DNA from: Candidatus Helarchaeota archaeon
GTDB taxonomy: Archaea; Asgardarchaeota; Lokiarchaeia; Helarchaeales; RDOG01
Length of the DNA: 64,000 nucleotides
NCBI GenBank assembly: GCA_019058315.1
Contig: JAHPZH010000003.1
Span: forward strand, 620,451-684,450
Direction: 5' to 3'
Position 1 is the first letter of the stretch, and each line of letters begins with the position of its first letter. This document shows, in pieces, positions 10,895 through 20,617 of the stretch. Under the pieces are notes generated by a model that saw only the letters and a program-made list of their open reading frames with translations, had not been told where the DNA came from and did not search any database. Position numbers and translations under genes: made by a program.

Positions 10895-11189
10895 GCTTTT
10901 AAATTTTTATTTTATCGAAAAATCATAAATGCTTAAAAATCTATAACATTGTTTTAATTCAAATTAATAGTTAAAGACATTTAATTTGATTTTATTTTTT
11001 ATTACTTCTTTATTCCTATATTGTTTATAAGAATACCAAATTTATAAATTTATCTTATATTAATTAATCCCTCCTGTCTATATGGCAAGTTACTAGCTCT
11101 ACACCCAGTTTTGAATTTTTTACAAGAATAATATTTATAAAGGATTCATCATGCTTGGCTATTTTAAAATTTTTTTAGGAGTAAAAACC

Positions 11190-12233
11190 ATGAGTTTCGC
11201 GAAAAAATTTGATTTAGAATTAGATGATCTTCCGAGCATGACACCTCGAATTTCCAAGATATTAAAGCAAAATAGAATAACTTCCGTATCAACATTAGCT
11301 GCAACTAGCCTAAGGGAGCTGGTGGGACTTTATATTGACAGTGATACCGCTCAGACACTAATTGATGAGGCAGACGCAACAATGAGGCAAAGTGGATTTG
11401 GTTTTGTAATGGGATCAAAACTGTTAGATGAAGTTGATCAAGTTGAAGTTTTAACCACAGGTTGTAAAAGCCTAGACGTACTTTTAGGTGGAGGATTAGA
11501 CACCCAAAGATTATATGAATTTTATGGTCCCAATGGTGTCGGAAAGACTAATTTTCTTCATCAACTCATATGCACAGCCATGTTACCAAAAAGTAAAGGA
11601 GGTTTAGCCTCACGGGTGGTCTATATTGATGCAGAAGGTAATTTTAGCACCAAGCGAATTAGGATGATAGCCCCTGAATTCGATCTGAACGTTAATCAAG
11701 TGATAAAAAATATCCCTTTAATAAAGATCCACAACATAAGCGAGCTATTAAGCACATTAGAACATCATTTATATCCCGAAATGGAACAAACTGGAGCAAG
11801 GGTAGTTCTATTAGACAGTATAACCTATAATGTCCGTGGGGAATATATAGGAGAAAAAAATTTGCCTATCAGACAAGGAACACTTGGCAAAATAGCTCAT
11901 GCATTGAAAAAAGCATCACAAGCATTCAATGCAGTTGTAGTTGTGGTAAATCAAATAACGAAAAACCCCAAGACTGATGAAGTGACCTATTCTGGTGGCA
12001 ATGTTCTTGGACATGCAGTACAAGTGAGAGTTTCTATGACCAAGGCAGAAAAAGAGAGTAATGACTTGTATAAAAAAGATAGTACATCTCATAAAATACG
12101 GTTTTTTGTAGATAAAGCTGTCGATTTGCCAAGACAATCTTGTATCGTAATGATGGACAGTAGGGGTTTTCGGGATATTGAACCAGGATCCCAAGATGCT
12201 CAGGAAGAAGTAAAAGCAAAACAAGAGGTATAA
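11190..12233 (+). CDS. RadA/Rad51-family recombinase paralog with N-terminal HhH-like domain
   Basis: TTGCKSLDVLLGGGL, Walker A GPNGVGKT, YIDAEGNF, Walker B VLLDS, VVVNQ, GGNVLGH. ATG at 11190 follows a GGAG SD, preferred over the track's 11151. Confidence 0.88.
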   Translation: MSFAKKFDLELDDLPSMTPRISKILKQNRITSVSTLAATSLRELVGLYIDSDTAQTLIDEADATMRQSGFGFVMGSKLLDEVDQVEVLTTGCKSLDVLLGGGLDTQRLYEFYGPNGVGKTNFLHQLICTAMLPKSKGGLASRVVYIDAEGNFSTKRIRMIAPEFDLNVNQVIKNIPLIKIHNISELLSTLEHHLYPEMEQTGARVVLLDSITYNVRGEYIGEKNLPIRQGTLGKIAHALKKASQAFNAVVVVVNQITKNPKTDEVTYSGGNVLGHAVQVRVSMTKAEKESNDLYKKDSTSHKIRFFVDKAVDLPRQSCIVMMDSRGFRDIEPGSQDAQEEVKAKQEV

Positions 12234-12262
12234 ATAATTTTTTAAAAATAAATGGTGGAGAA

Positions 12263-13744
12263 ATGTCACTAGTATCTTTTTTTAAAAAAGCAAAACAGCT
12301 ATCGGAAAACCTCAATTCTTGGGACCGGAAGTCAAAAGTCATGATTATCGGCCATAGGGATGGGGATGGTATAGCTGCTACTACAGTATTAAATCAGGGT
12401 CTAAAACACCTAGGTTTTGAAAAAATCATACCTCAAATATTGTTAAGCCCCGATATAGATCTTCTGATTTCTATGATAAAAAATAATAGTCCAAAATATG
12501 TTATTACATGCGATATTGGTGCAGAATTTGCACCAACTCTGGAAAAAAGAGTTAAGGATTTCATCATAACCGATCATCATCCTAAAAAAATCAGTAACTA
12601 TGGAGCGAAACAGCTGAATTGTATCGAATTTGGACTTGATGATGAAATTGACGCTTCAGGATCAACGACTGCACTATCTCTATTAACCAACTTATTTGAT
12701 GATACTTTTTGGGATTCAGATAAGGGAAAAGTAATCCTAGCATTCGCTGTAGCTGGAGCAATATCTGATTTTCAGTTTCAAAAAGGCATCCATAAAGTCA
12801 ATGGTGTCATTTTAAACAAAGCAAAAATTCACAGTGCAGTAGTTGTGTCAAAAGATATTTCGATTTTTGGTCGAAGTATGTATCCTGCATATATTGCAAT
12901 AAATCGAGCGAGTATTCCTGGACTAACAGATTATTATTTTTGCAGAGATATCATTAATGCGAGTATAGATCCAAGGATAGGAAGTTATTGGAAGCGTATT
13001 ATTGATCTAGATCAAGAGGAAAAGAAAAATATAATTGACATCATAATTTCCCAATTATCAGAGTTTTCCCATAAGATTAACATTAAAGAATTCCTAGCAA
13101 AAGAAGTTATAGGGGATGTATTTGATCTCATAGCTCTTTATGGATGGGATTGCACGTTAATTCGTGATGGTAGGGCAACCTTTGATCCAAGAGAAATACT
13201 ACATCAGGTAAATTATTGCTGCCGATTAGGTCACTGGGATATAGCTTTGGATTTATTAAACCATAAAATGGTATCAGATCACACAATGAAGACGATTTCT
13301 GAATTTCATAGACAAGGAGATCAAGAGGTTGCAGAAGCATTAAAAGCCTATCAAAATAACCTCATCGAACTCCAATCAGATTGTGATGGAAAGGTACTAC
13401 TAGCAGATTTCACTGACCTTATTTTTTATGACGAAGTTGGAGTTATCGCAGGAGTGATTATGAAGCAAGATCGTGACATAGACATCATGCTCTCCTCATG
13501 TCGAATGGAAAATAATGGGTTATACAAGGTCAGCGTTCGTGCCAGAAGCAATGTATGGGAAATGGTCGATTCTGATAATGAATTTGCAGATGCTAAGAAA
13601 GTATATGAAAAGACTAAAATAGAGACCGGCAGCGAAATTAAATATGGAGGACATAGATTTGCAATGTCGGGGTATTTACCTAAAGAAACTATTCCTATTT
13701 TGTTTAAAAATATGGTAACTTATTATAAAAAATTAATAAATTAA
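12263..13744 (+). CDS. Archaeal RecJ/GAN/Cdc45-like DHH phosphoesterase
   Basis: HRDGDG, TCDIG, ITDHH, GAISD, DHHA1-type GGHRFAMSG. Confidence 0.85.
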   Translation: MSLVSFFKKAKQLSENLNSWDRKSKVMIIGHRDGDGIAATTVLNQGLKHLGFEKIIPQILLSPDIDLLISMIKNNSPKYVITCDIGAEFAPTLEKRVKDFIITDHHPKKISNYGAKQLNCIEFGLDDEIDASGSTTALSLLTNLFDDTFWDSDKGKVILAFAVAGAISDFQFQKGIHKVNGVILNKAKIHSAVVVSKDISIFGRSMYPAYIAINRASIPGLTDYYFCRDIINASIDPRIGSYWKRIIDLDQEEKKNIIDIIISQLSEFSHKINIKEFLAKEVIGDVFDLIALYGWDCTLIRDGRATFDPREILHQVNYCCRLGHWDIALDLLNHKMVSDHTMKTISEFHRQGDQEVAEALKAYQNNLIELQSDCDGKVLLADFTDLIFYDEVGVIAGVIMKQDRDIDIMLSSCRMENNGLYKVSVRARSNVWEMVDSDNEFADAKKVYEKTKIETGSEIKYGGHRFAMSGYLPKETIPILFKNMVTYYKKLIN

Positions 13745-13758
13745 GGGAGTGAAAATTT

Positions 13759-14472
13759 ATGCAAAACGTAAAAATTAATGACCTAGAATCTGGTGACAAG
13801 GGGTTTAATATCAAAGTCAAGGTTCTAAAAAAGACCACAGACCGGGTTGTGACTATAAAAAAGACCGGAATGCAAAACAGGGTTGCGAACTTCGTTGTCG
13901 CGGATGACACGGGTCAGTTAAACTTAACTGTATGGGGAGTTGAGATCGATAAAATCCCTATCGATAAGACCATCTCTATTCAAAAAAGTTATGTAAGTGA
14001 GTTTAATGGTAGGCTTTCTTTAAATATTGGAAAATATAGTGAATGGAAAGCATCTAAGGATGAAATAACAATAAAAGATACTCCAAAATCACCAGAACCT
14101 ATGGTAAAATCACATGTTAAAATTTGTAGTGCTCCAGCTAAAAAGAAAGGGATTAACTTGGATAAAGTAAAAGTCCTCGAAATATCCAATATCAGATCAG
14201 TCAAAGTTAAGCGTGACGGTTCTGAACATGAGGTAGCTGATGCACTACTGGGAGACGATACTGGTTGTATAAAATGTTCCTTATGGGATGAGGATATCCG
14301 AAAAATTAAGGAGGATATGATTCTAAGGATTTTTAACGCGTATATTTCAGAATTTCGTAACATTCCACAATTAAATTTGAGCCGATTCAGTAAATATGAA
14401 ATCTTAGAGCCAGAAGATCTTGAAGTGGACTTGGAAAATAATTTATCTCTTAAGGAAAAAGCACAAACATAG
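13759..14472 (+). CDS. Single-stranded DNA-binding protein/RPA-like, two OB folds (copy 1)
   Basis: Two repeats of the VA...GDDTG.I...LW...I.NAY..EF...QLN archaeal SSB OB pattern. Confidence 0.85.
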   Translation: MQNVKINDLESGDKGFNIKVKVLKKTTDRVVTIKKTGMQNRVANFVVADDTGQLNLTVWGVEIDKIPIDKTISIQKSYVSEFNGRLSLNIGKYSEWKASKDEITIKDTPKSPEPMVKSHVKICSAPAKKKGINLDKVKVLEISNIRSVKVKRDGSEHEVADALLGDDTGCIKCSLWDEDIRKIKEDMILRIFNAYISEFRNIPQLNLSRFSKYEILEPEDLEVDLENNLSLKEKAQT

Positions 14473-14625
14473 ATGGTTTATTCTTTTTCTATTCTGGTAA
14501 GGTAAATTAATTAAAAAGTTTTGTTTTAATAAAAGAAAAAGGATAACCAAATTCTTAATAAATGAAATAAGATTAATATTTTATCTTATAAGAGGAATAC
14601 TTCACCTCTAATAATAAAATCTATA

Positions 14626-14928
14626 TTAGCATCCACATTTTAAGGTTTCATTATAGATATGCTTTGCTTGTACATATATTTCTTCTTTTTTAAAGAATTT
14701 TACTTTATCTTGTATAATTTGACCATGTAGTAAAATTTTATCATTTGGTCGTAGGATTACTCGAGCATATTTCCAACCTAAAGAAATTGAAGGACGAATA
14801 AAAACGGGAAGTTCTTCAGGGATACCCTCAATTTTTTCATCTAATTTTAGAACGAACTTTATATAACTTGTAGGATATAAATAAGAAACACTTCCACGAA
14901 GAGTTCCTTTAAATAATATTTTTGTCAT
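14626..14928 (-). CDS. Small hypothetical protein, possibly OB-fold
   Basis: Beta-rich pattern LRPNDKILLHGQI...VQAKHIYN. Ends in CGC. Confidence 0.55.
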   Translation of the reverse strand: MTKILFKGTLRGSVSYLYPTSYIKFVLKLDEKIEGIPEELPVFIRPSISLGWKYARVILRPNDKILLHGQIIQDKVKFFKKEEIYVQAKHIYNETLKCGC

Positions 14929-15046
14929 TTTAAAGAAATCCCTCTATTTACTAATTGTTTTAATCAACTACTTGGTTTCCTTTTTTCATAATATTTTTAA
15001 GTACTTTATTAATTTTAGCTATTGAAAATTATAGAGTTTATAACTT

Positions 15047-16888
15047 CTATGTTTTGGAGACTGTTGTTTTACTGATTTTTTCTTCAAGCATTTTGATTTT
15101 TTTTCGTTTTTTATATATATTTACAGCCAATATAGTAAATGCCGCGACAACATTTGCGAAAACTATTAAATAAAGGAATGAGATATCACGGCTTGCTCCT
15201 ATTGGTGGAATGAAGGGAGCACGAATATCATATTTTATTCCTACAAAAACCGTATCTGAAATTCCATATTGATTATGGAAATCATAATATTCAATAGTAT
15301 AATTGAATATCCCCTCTACACTTCGATTTATAGGGATTTTTAAATTTGTATTTTTCGTCCATGTCGTCCAATTTATCCACAAAAGGCTATTATTATTATT
15401 AGTATTTGTTACCCAGACCCGATATTTTCCTCCGCCAGTCTCATCATAAAGTACCCAATTTATTCTTTCTGAACTGATAATATCTGTTAGAATATCAGCT
15501 GGGTGGTTTGAAGTAGGTTTTTCACTCATAATTGTATACATTATTTCTTGATCAGTTCCCCACACACCAACCGTATCGTCATCCCATGCTACATGTATAT
15601 TTCCGCCATTTTCAACAGCTATGCTTGTCGCACCACTCCAACCATCGTTCCACCCTGTATTATCATCTGAAATCACGGTTGCATTTAACCAACCTGCAGC
15701 GGTATAATTTGTGTACATTACTTCCATATCACTTCCCCACTCACCATTTGTATCATCATGCCAGGTCACATGCACATTTCCGCCACCATCCACTGCGACA
15801 CTTGGAGTATAACTTTCTCCATTGTTCCAACCGTAAAGATCAGAAATTACGGTTGCATTTGACCATCCACTGATGTTATAATTTGTGTACATTATTTCTA
15901 TATCACTTCCCCACTCGCCGTCCGTATAATCCTGCCAGGTCACATGTACATTTCCGCTATTATCCGCGGCGACGCTTGGGGACAGACTATTACCATTGTT
16001 CCACCCATAAAGGCCGGAAATCGCGGTTGCGTTGGACCAGATCCCTGCGGTACAATTTGTGTACATTATTTCACTATCTGATCCCCATTCACCATCCGTA
16101 CTATCACTCCAAACCACATGCAAATTATCATTACCGTCCACAGCGATACGTGGGGATCCACTGCTACCATTATTCCACCCATAAATATCGGAAATCACTG
16201 TTGCGTTTGACCAACCTGTGATAGTATAGTTAGCATACATTATTTCAGTATCAGTTCCCCACTCACCGTCCGTATAATCTTGCCAGACTACGTGTACAAT
16301 ACCTCTACCATCCACAGCGATGCTTGGTTCATGACTATCACCGTCGTTCCACCTGTAAAGATCGGAAATCGCGGTGGCGTTGGACCAGCCTGAGGGAGTG
16401 TATTTTGCATACATTATTTCTCTATCAGATCCCCACTCACCGTCTGTATCATCATACCAGACTACATGTACGTTTCCGCTACCGTCAACAGCGATGCTTG
16501 GGCGCAGACTAGCATCATCATTCCATCCATAAAGGTCGGAAATCGGGGTGGCATTTGACCAGCCCATGGTTGTGTAATTTGTATACATTATTTCACTATC
16601 CGTTCCCCATTCGCCATCAGTTTCATCTTGCCAGACCACGTGTACATTTCCTCTACTGTCTACAGCGATATTTGTGTACCAACTAGTGCCATCGTTCCAC
16701 CCAGTGTCATCATCGGAAATAACAGAGGAATTAGACCAACTTGAAATAGAGAATGAAACAAAATTGGTTCCATTAACTGAAGGCGAGAAAAAATTAACCG
16801 GATCAGATTTGGAGACTTTATTAAAATTAAAAATTATAAAAATCATGAAAATTAACGTAAAAATTGTTATTATTTTTTTACATTTCAT
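15047..16888 (-). CDS. Secreted, C-terminally membrane-anchored 7-repeat beta-propeller surface glycoprotein
   Basis: N-terminal hydrophobic signal, seven ~58-aa repeats, an Ig-like beta segment, C-terminal TM followed by KKRKK. Confidence 0.8.
   Translation of the reverse strand: MKCKKIITIFTLIFMIFIIFNFNKVSKSDPVNFFSPSVNGTNFVSFSISSWSNSSVISDDDTGWNDGTSWYTNIAVDSRGNVHVVWQDETDGEWGTDSEIMYTNYTTMGWSNATPISDLYGWNDDASLRPSIAVDGSGNVHVVWYDDTDGEWGSDREIMYAKYTPSGWSNATAISDLYRWNDGDSHEPSIAVDGRGIVHVVWQDYTDGEWGTDTEIMYANYTITGWSNATVISDIYGWNNGSSGSPRIAVDGNDNLHVVWSDSTDGEWGSDSEIMYTNCTAGIWSNATAISGLYGWNNGNSLSPSVAADNSGNVHVTWQDYTDGEWGSDIEIMYTNYNISGWSNATVISDLYGWNNGESYTPSVAVDGGGNVHVTWHDDTNGEWGSDMEVMYTNYTAAGWLNATVISDDNTGWNDGWSGATSIAVENGGNIHVAWDDDTVGVWGTDQEIMYTIMSEKPTSNHPADILTDIISSERINWVLYDETGGGKYRVWVTNTNNNNSLLWINWTTWTKNTNLKIPINRSVEGIFNYTIEYYDFHNQYGISDTVFVGIKYDIRAPFIPPIGASRDISFLYLIVFANVVAAFTILAVNIYKKRKKIKMLEEKISKTTVSKT
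15531..16738 (-). repeat. Seven tandem ~174-bp coding repeats
   Basis: Consensus WSNATxISDLYGWNxGxSxxPSIAVDxxGNVHVxWxDxTDGEWGSDxEIMYTNYT, also visible at DNA level. Confidence 0.9.
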
Positions 16889-17024
16889 AACATCACTTCA
16901 TTTTTAAAACGTATAGTAATGAAAATATATTTTTTTTAATTTAAATTTTTTATAATTTAAAGATTAAGACACATGGAATTAAAGTCAATTTTGACATGGA
17001 GAGAATTTAATTTGTTGAAAGACT

Positions 17025-17699
17025 TCATTTATTTAATTTTCCAAAAAAGCAATAATGTTTTAAATTATCGATCCAGAATTTTTGAATTTCAAAGTTTTTA
17101 AATTCTTTATACAAGAGTTTTTTATTAAAGCTGTAATGGGGAACACCCTTTTCGTCTCCACCCAGTATTATATAAGTCCTTGGAGCAATATATTTGATTC
17201 CAAATTGTCTTTCTACTGGCACCTCTTTTTTAGACTTCTTTTTTGGAACAGTGATAAAAATAAACCCATTTGGTTTCAGGACTCTTTCTATTTCCTTAAT
17301 TGTTATTCTAATCTCTGATATTACGTTATGGTGAATTGCACGAACACATATTACAGCATCAAAAGAGTTATCCATATATGGAAGTCTTTGGTACATTGAG
17401 CTAGTAACGAGTTCAGCATGGAGTTTTTTTTCTTCTAATTGAGATTTTGCTTTTTTAATCCCTTCATTTGAAAAGTCAAGACCATACATCTCAAACCCCG
17501 ACTCAACCAAGTATAAAATATGTCTCCCAGAACCACAAGCTAGATCTAATATTCTTTTATATTTATTATTTTTACAAATTTCTGCAAATTCGGGTAGCCC
17601 TTCTTGAATTCCAGAAAGAAAACTTTTAGTTTTCTTTACATCTCGAAAAATCTCATCCCATCGCTTTTTACTATGTTCCTCTAGAACCACAATTATCAC
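17025..17699 (-). CDS. Class I SAM-dependent methyltransferase
   Basis: ILDLACGSGR, GLDFS, SFDAVIC, RVLKPNG. Confidence 0.88.
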   Translation of the reverse strand: MIIVVLEEHSKKRWDEIFRDVKKTKSFLSGIQEGLPEFAEICKNNKYKRILDLACGSGRHILYLVESGFEMYGLDFSNEGIKKAKSQLEEKKLHAELVTSSMYQRLPYMDNSFDAVICVRAIHHNVISEIRITIKEIERVLKPNGFIFITVPKKKSKKEVPVERQFGIKYIAPRTYIILGGDEKGVPHYSFNKKLLYKEFKNFEIQKFWIDNLKHYCFFGKLNK

Positions 17700-17929
17700 T
17701 ATTTCTCTTTATGTTCATCCCTAATTATAAGCAATTCTGCATTTTATTCTTACGGTTTTTCCTTATTTTTAGGTTTCTTTTTTATTTTCTTGTTCTTCAA
17801 AGGAAATATCTTGCGATGGTACCAATAGTCTTTATTTAGCATTATTTAATCACATATCTTATTTTTTAATCTATGGAACAAGCCAAGCATAATTAGTATT
17901 TATAAGGGTTTCTATCAATTGAAAAAAAG

Positions 17930-18163
17930 TTAGTTATATCCATATCTGCGTATAATATATTCCATCATTTCGCTGCAATCCCTAAGAGCACACATAGCAT
18001 CTATGCCTATTAGAATGTGGTCTTCCACTCCAGTTTCATAATATTTTTCCCACGCTAAATTATGCACTTCGAAAATTTTCTCTCTAAATACAAATATATC
18101 ATCCAGATTAAGACCAGAATTCATTTTATTCACGATTCTATTATAATTGTTGTTATACTGCAA
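17930..18163 (-). CDS. Small hypothetical protein
   Basis: Short ORF with plausible helical composition. No motif recognised; start uncertain. Confidence 0.4.
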   Translation of the reverse strand: MQYNNNYNRIVNKMNSGLNLDDIFVFREKIFEVHNLAWEKYYETGVEDHILIGIDAMCALRDCSEMMEYIIRRYGYN

Positions 18164-18548
18164 ATTTTATATTATATTTCTAAGTAATTTCCTAGTTTTT
18201 AAGAGGAATAAGGGTTCATGATAACTAAAAAAACCAAAAGAAAATTTGCGCATTTTCTATTTTTAAATAATACTTTCAGTCATCTCTCCCCCCAATGTTC
18301 ATTTAATCTGATCGATCTAAGTAAAAATCTATTTAAATTACATTTCTCACAAACAACATTAAGTGATGAATATGGCAAGCACAAATACCAAACAAGAAAT
18401 CGAAGCTGTATGGTCCCCTGGACTTAGCACGACGGCGAAAATTAATTATCTAAAAAATCATTTTAATGGAAAATTGGAAACTTTATCCTTCTGGGAATTA
18501 TACAGATTTGTAAAAACGCTCAATTCTTAATTTTTTTATTTATTTTTC

Positions 18549-18908
18549 TTGGGTTCTACTATGAAAAAAGAATTTTGCGTTAAATGCTATTCAATTGAAA
18601 AAGGAATAACATTATTTATTTCTATTTTTCTTTACGGTACAATATTTCTCTCTTTATATGCAATTAAGATACTAGGATATGTTGAAATCCATCCAGTAAC
18701 GAAATTGAATTTCGACTTCTTTATGTTATTTTATTGCTTTGTTCCATTGATATATTTTTTAGTTTTAAAATATGCGTATGAAGGAATTAGCGGGGAAAGT
18801 TGGGAAATTGCTTATCATAAATTAGTAGTATTAGTTCTTATAATCTCCTTAATCCATAGAATTATCGATTTTTCATGGGGTTTATATTTAATAATAAAAC
18901 CCTTGTAA
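18549..18908 (+). CDS. Small 3-TM membrane protein
   Basis: Three hydrophobic segments and an N-terminal CVKC. Confidence 0.6.
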   Translation: MGSTMKKEFCVKCYSIEKGITLFISIFLYGTIFLSLYAIKILGYVEIHPVTKLNFDFFMLFYCFVPLIYFLVLKYAYEGISGESWEIAYHKLVVLVLIISLIHRIIDFSWGLYLIIKPL

Positions 18909-18972
18909 AATCTCAGATTTTTATTTTTATAGAAATAACAATATATAGGATGGAATTAAAGCTCGTAAAGGG

Positions 18973-19044
18973 TGAATCTCACCCTTTTAAAATGAGAACC
19001 TTTGTCTAAGGGGGATGCAAAATGATCTCAAAGGGTGAGATTCA
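18973..19044. other. Intergenic long-stem hairpin element, copy E1
   Basis: Perfect 15-bp inverted repeat TGAATCTCACCCTTT (18973-18987) / AAAGGGTGAGATTCA (19030-19044) with a 42-nt spacer. Confidence 0.7.
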
Positions 19045-19374
19045 ATATTTAATAATACAATATTTAACCCGATCAATCCATTATTGGTTGTTTTTTATAT
19101 TATTGATCACAATATTTAAAATTAATGTTCAGCTACGACAAATTTTAGGTTATGTTTGGTTCATAATTGAAAAATTTGTAGATTTATAGAGAGGTATTTG
19201 GATTTTTAAATTGACTAACTAGGTCTTTTATGAAGCACTAATGTTAGAAAATACCATAACATAATACAAGGAGTATAAATATTATTTTAAAAATAAAGTG
19301 GTGGTTTTATGTCGATATTATTTGTCTTTAAAAATAAGTTTAGATATCATGAGAACTTTAGGGAGTAAATAATA

Positions 19375-20091
19375 ATGGATTATATAAAAGTTCAGGGCTT
19401 AAAGTCCGATTCCAAAGGTTTTAACATTAAAGTTAAGGTATTAGAAAAGGTTTCTGATAGGATAGTAACTATTAAAAAGACGAATATGCAGAATAGGGTT
19501 GCAAATTTTCTTGTTGGAGATGAGACTGGTCAGATAACTTTGAATGTATGGGGAGATGAAATTGACAAAATTCCTATTAATGGAATTATTTCAATTCAAA
19601 AAAGCTATGTAAATGAATTCAACAATAAATTATTCATTAATATTGGAAAATACAGTAGTTGGGCCGAATCTAATGGAGAGATTAGTGTTAAAGAAACACC
19701 CCAACCTCCGAACGAATCAAAAAATAATTCGAATATTAAAATTTGTAGTGTTCCTACAAAAAAGAAAGGAATTAACTTAGATAAAGTCAAAGTATTAGAA
19801 ATTTCAAATATAAGACAAGTGAAAGTAAAAAAGGATGGTTCTGAGCATGAAGTCGCGGATGCTTTACTAGGAGACGACACCGGCTGTATAAAATGTGCTT
19901 TATGGGACGAAGATATTCGAAAAATTAAAGAGGATATGATCTTACGGATTCATAATGCTTATATAACAGAATATCGTGAAATTCCACAACTGAATTTAAG
20001 CAAGTTTAGCAAATACGAAATTCTACCACCAGAAGATCTTGATATAGACTTAGAAAATAACCTATCACTTCAAGAAGAAGCTCAGACATAA
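19375..20091 (+). CDS. Single-stranded DNA-binding protein/RPA-like, two OB folds (copy 2)
   Basis: Collinear paralog of 13759-14472, with a near-identical C-terminal OB fold. Confidence 0.85.
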   Translation: MDYIKVQGLKSDSKGFNIKVKVLEKVSDRIVTIKKTNMQNRVANFLVGDETGQITLNVWGDEIDKIPINGIISIQKSYVNEFNNKLFINIGKYSSWAESNGEISVKETPQPPNESKNNSNIKICSVPTKKKGINLDKVKVLEISNIRQVKVKKDGSEHEVADALLGDDTGCIKCALWDEDIRKIKEDMILRIHNAYITEYREIPQLNLSKFSKYEILPPEDLDIDLENNLSLQEEAQT

Positions 20092-20120
20092 TTTATATTG
20101 GTGCTTTATTATTTCTAATT

Positions 20121-20591
20121 ATGACTAGCAAATTAATTATTGAGCGGATTTCAGAGAGTAATTTTGACGATTTCATTTATTTAATTGAGAAATTAGCCGA
20201 ATACGAAAAACTTGACCCCCCTGATGCTCAAGCTAAAATAAGACTAAAGAGAGACGGGTTGTCTGAAGATCCCAAATATGAAGCTTATTTAGGCTTTTTG
20301 AATGGAAAGCCTATAGGTTATATAATCTTCTTTTTTACTTATTCATCCTTTCTCGCCCTGCCAACTCTCTATTTAGAAGATATTTTTATTCTAAAGGACT
20401 ACAGAAGAGAAGGTTTTGGACAGAAAATGTTTAATTTTTGTGTTAAACAAGCGCAAATAAGAGGATGCGGAAGGATGGAGTGGTGTGTTTTAACTTGGAA
20501 TGAACCTGCAATTAAATTTTATGAAAAAATTGGTGCATCACGTTTAAATTGGTATTTTTATAGATTAACTAAAGATGAATTCATAAAATAA
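20121..20591 (+). CDS. GNAT acetyltransferase (SSAT/diamine N-acetyltransferase-like)
   Basis: LAEYEKL, LYLEDIFI, YRREGFG, MEWCVLTWNEPAIKFYEKIGA. Confidence 0.9.
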   Translation: MTSKLIIERISESNFDDFIYLIEKLAEYEKLDPPDAQAKIRLKRDGLSEDPKYEAYLGFLNGKPIGYIIFFFTYSSFLALPTLYLEDIFILKDYRREGFGQKMFNFCVKQAQIRGCGRMEWCVLTWNEPAIKFYEKIGASRLNWYFYRLTKDEFIK

Positions 20592-20617
20592 AACAACGTT
20601 TAATTATTAAATAAGGG

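Noticed and set aside
15047-16888. Diversity-generating retroelement target
   Set aside because: No reverse transcriptase or template repeat in the window, and the differences between repeats are not confined to adenines.
15532-16907. Plus-strand His/Arg-rich ORFs within the propeller gene, or a CRISPR-like array
   Set aside because: Antisense artefacts of the coding repeats. The 174-bp period is in-frame protein repetition, not repeat-spacer structure.
18218-18427. 69-aa plus-strand ORF
   Set aside because: No motif and atypical composition; cannot be supported.
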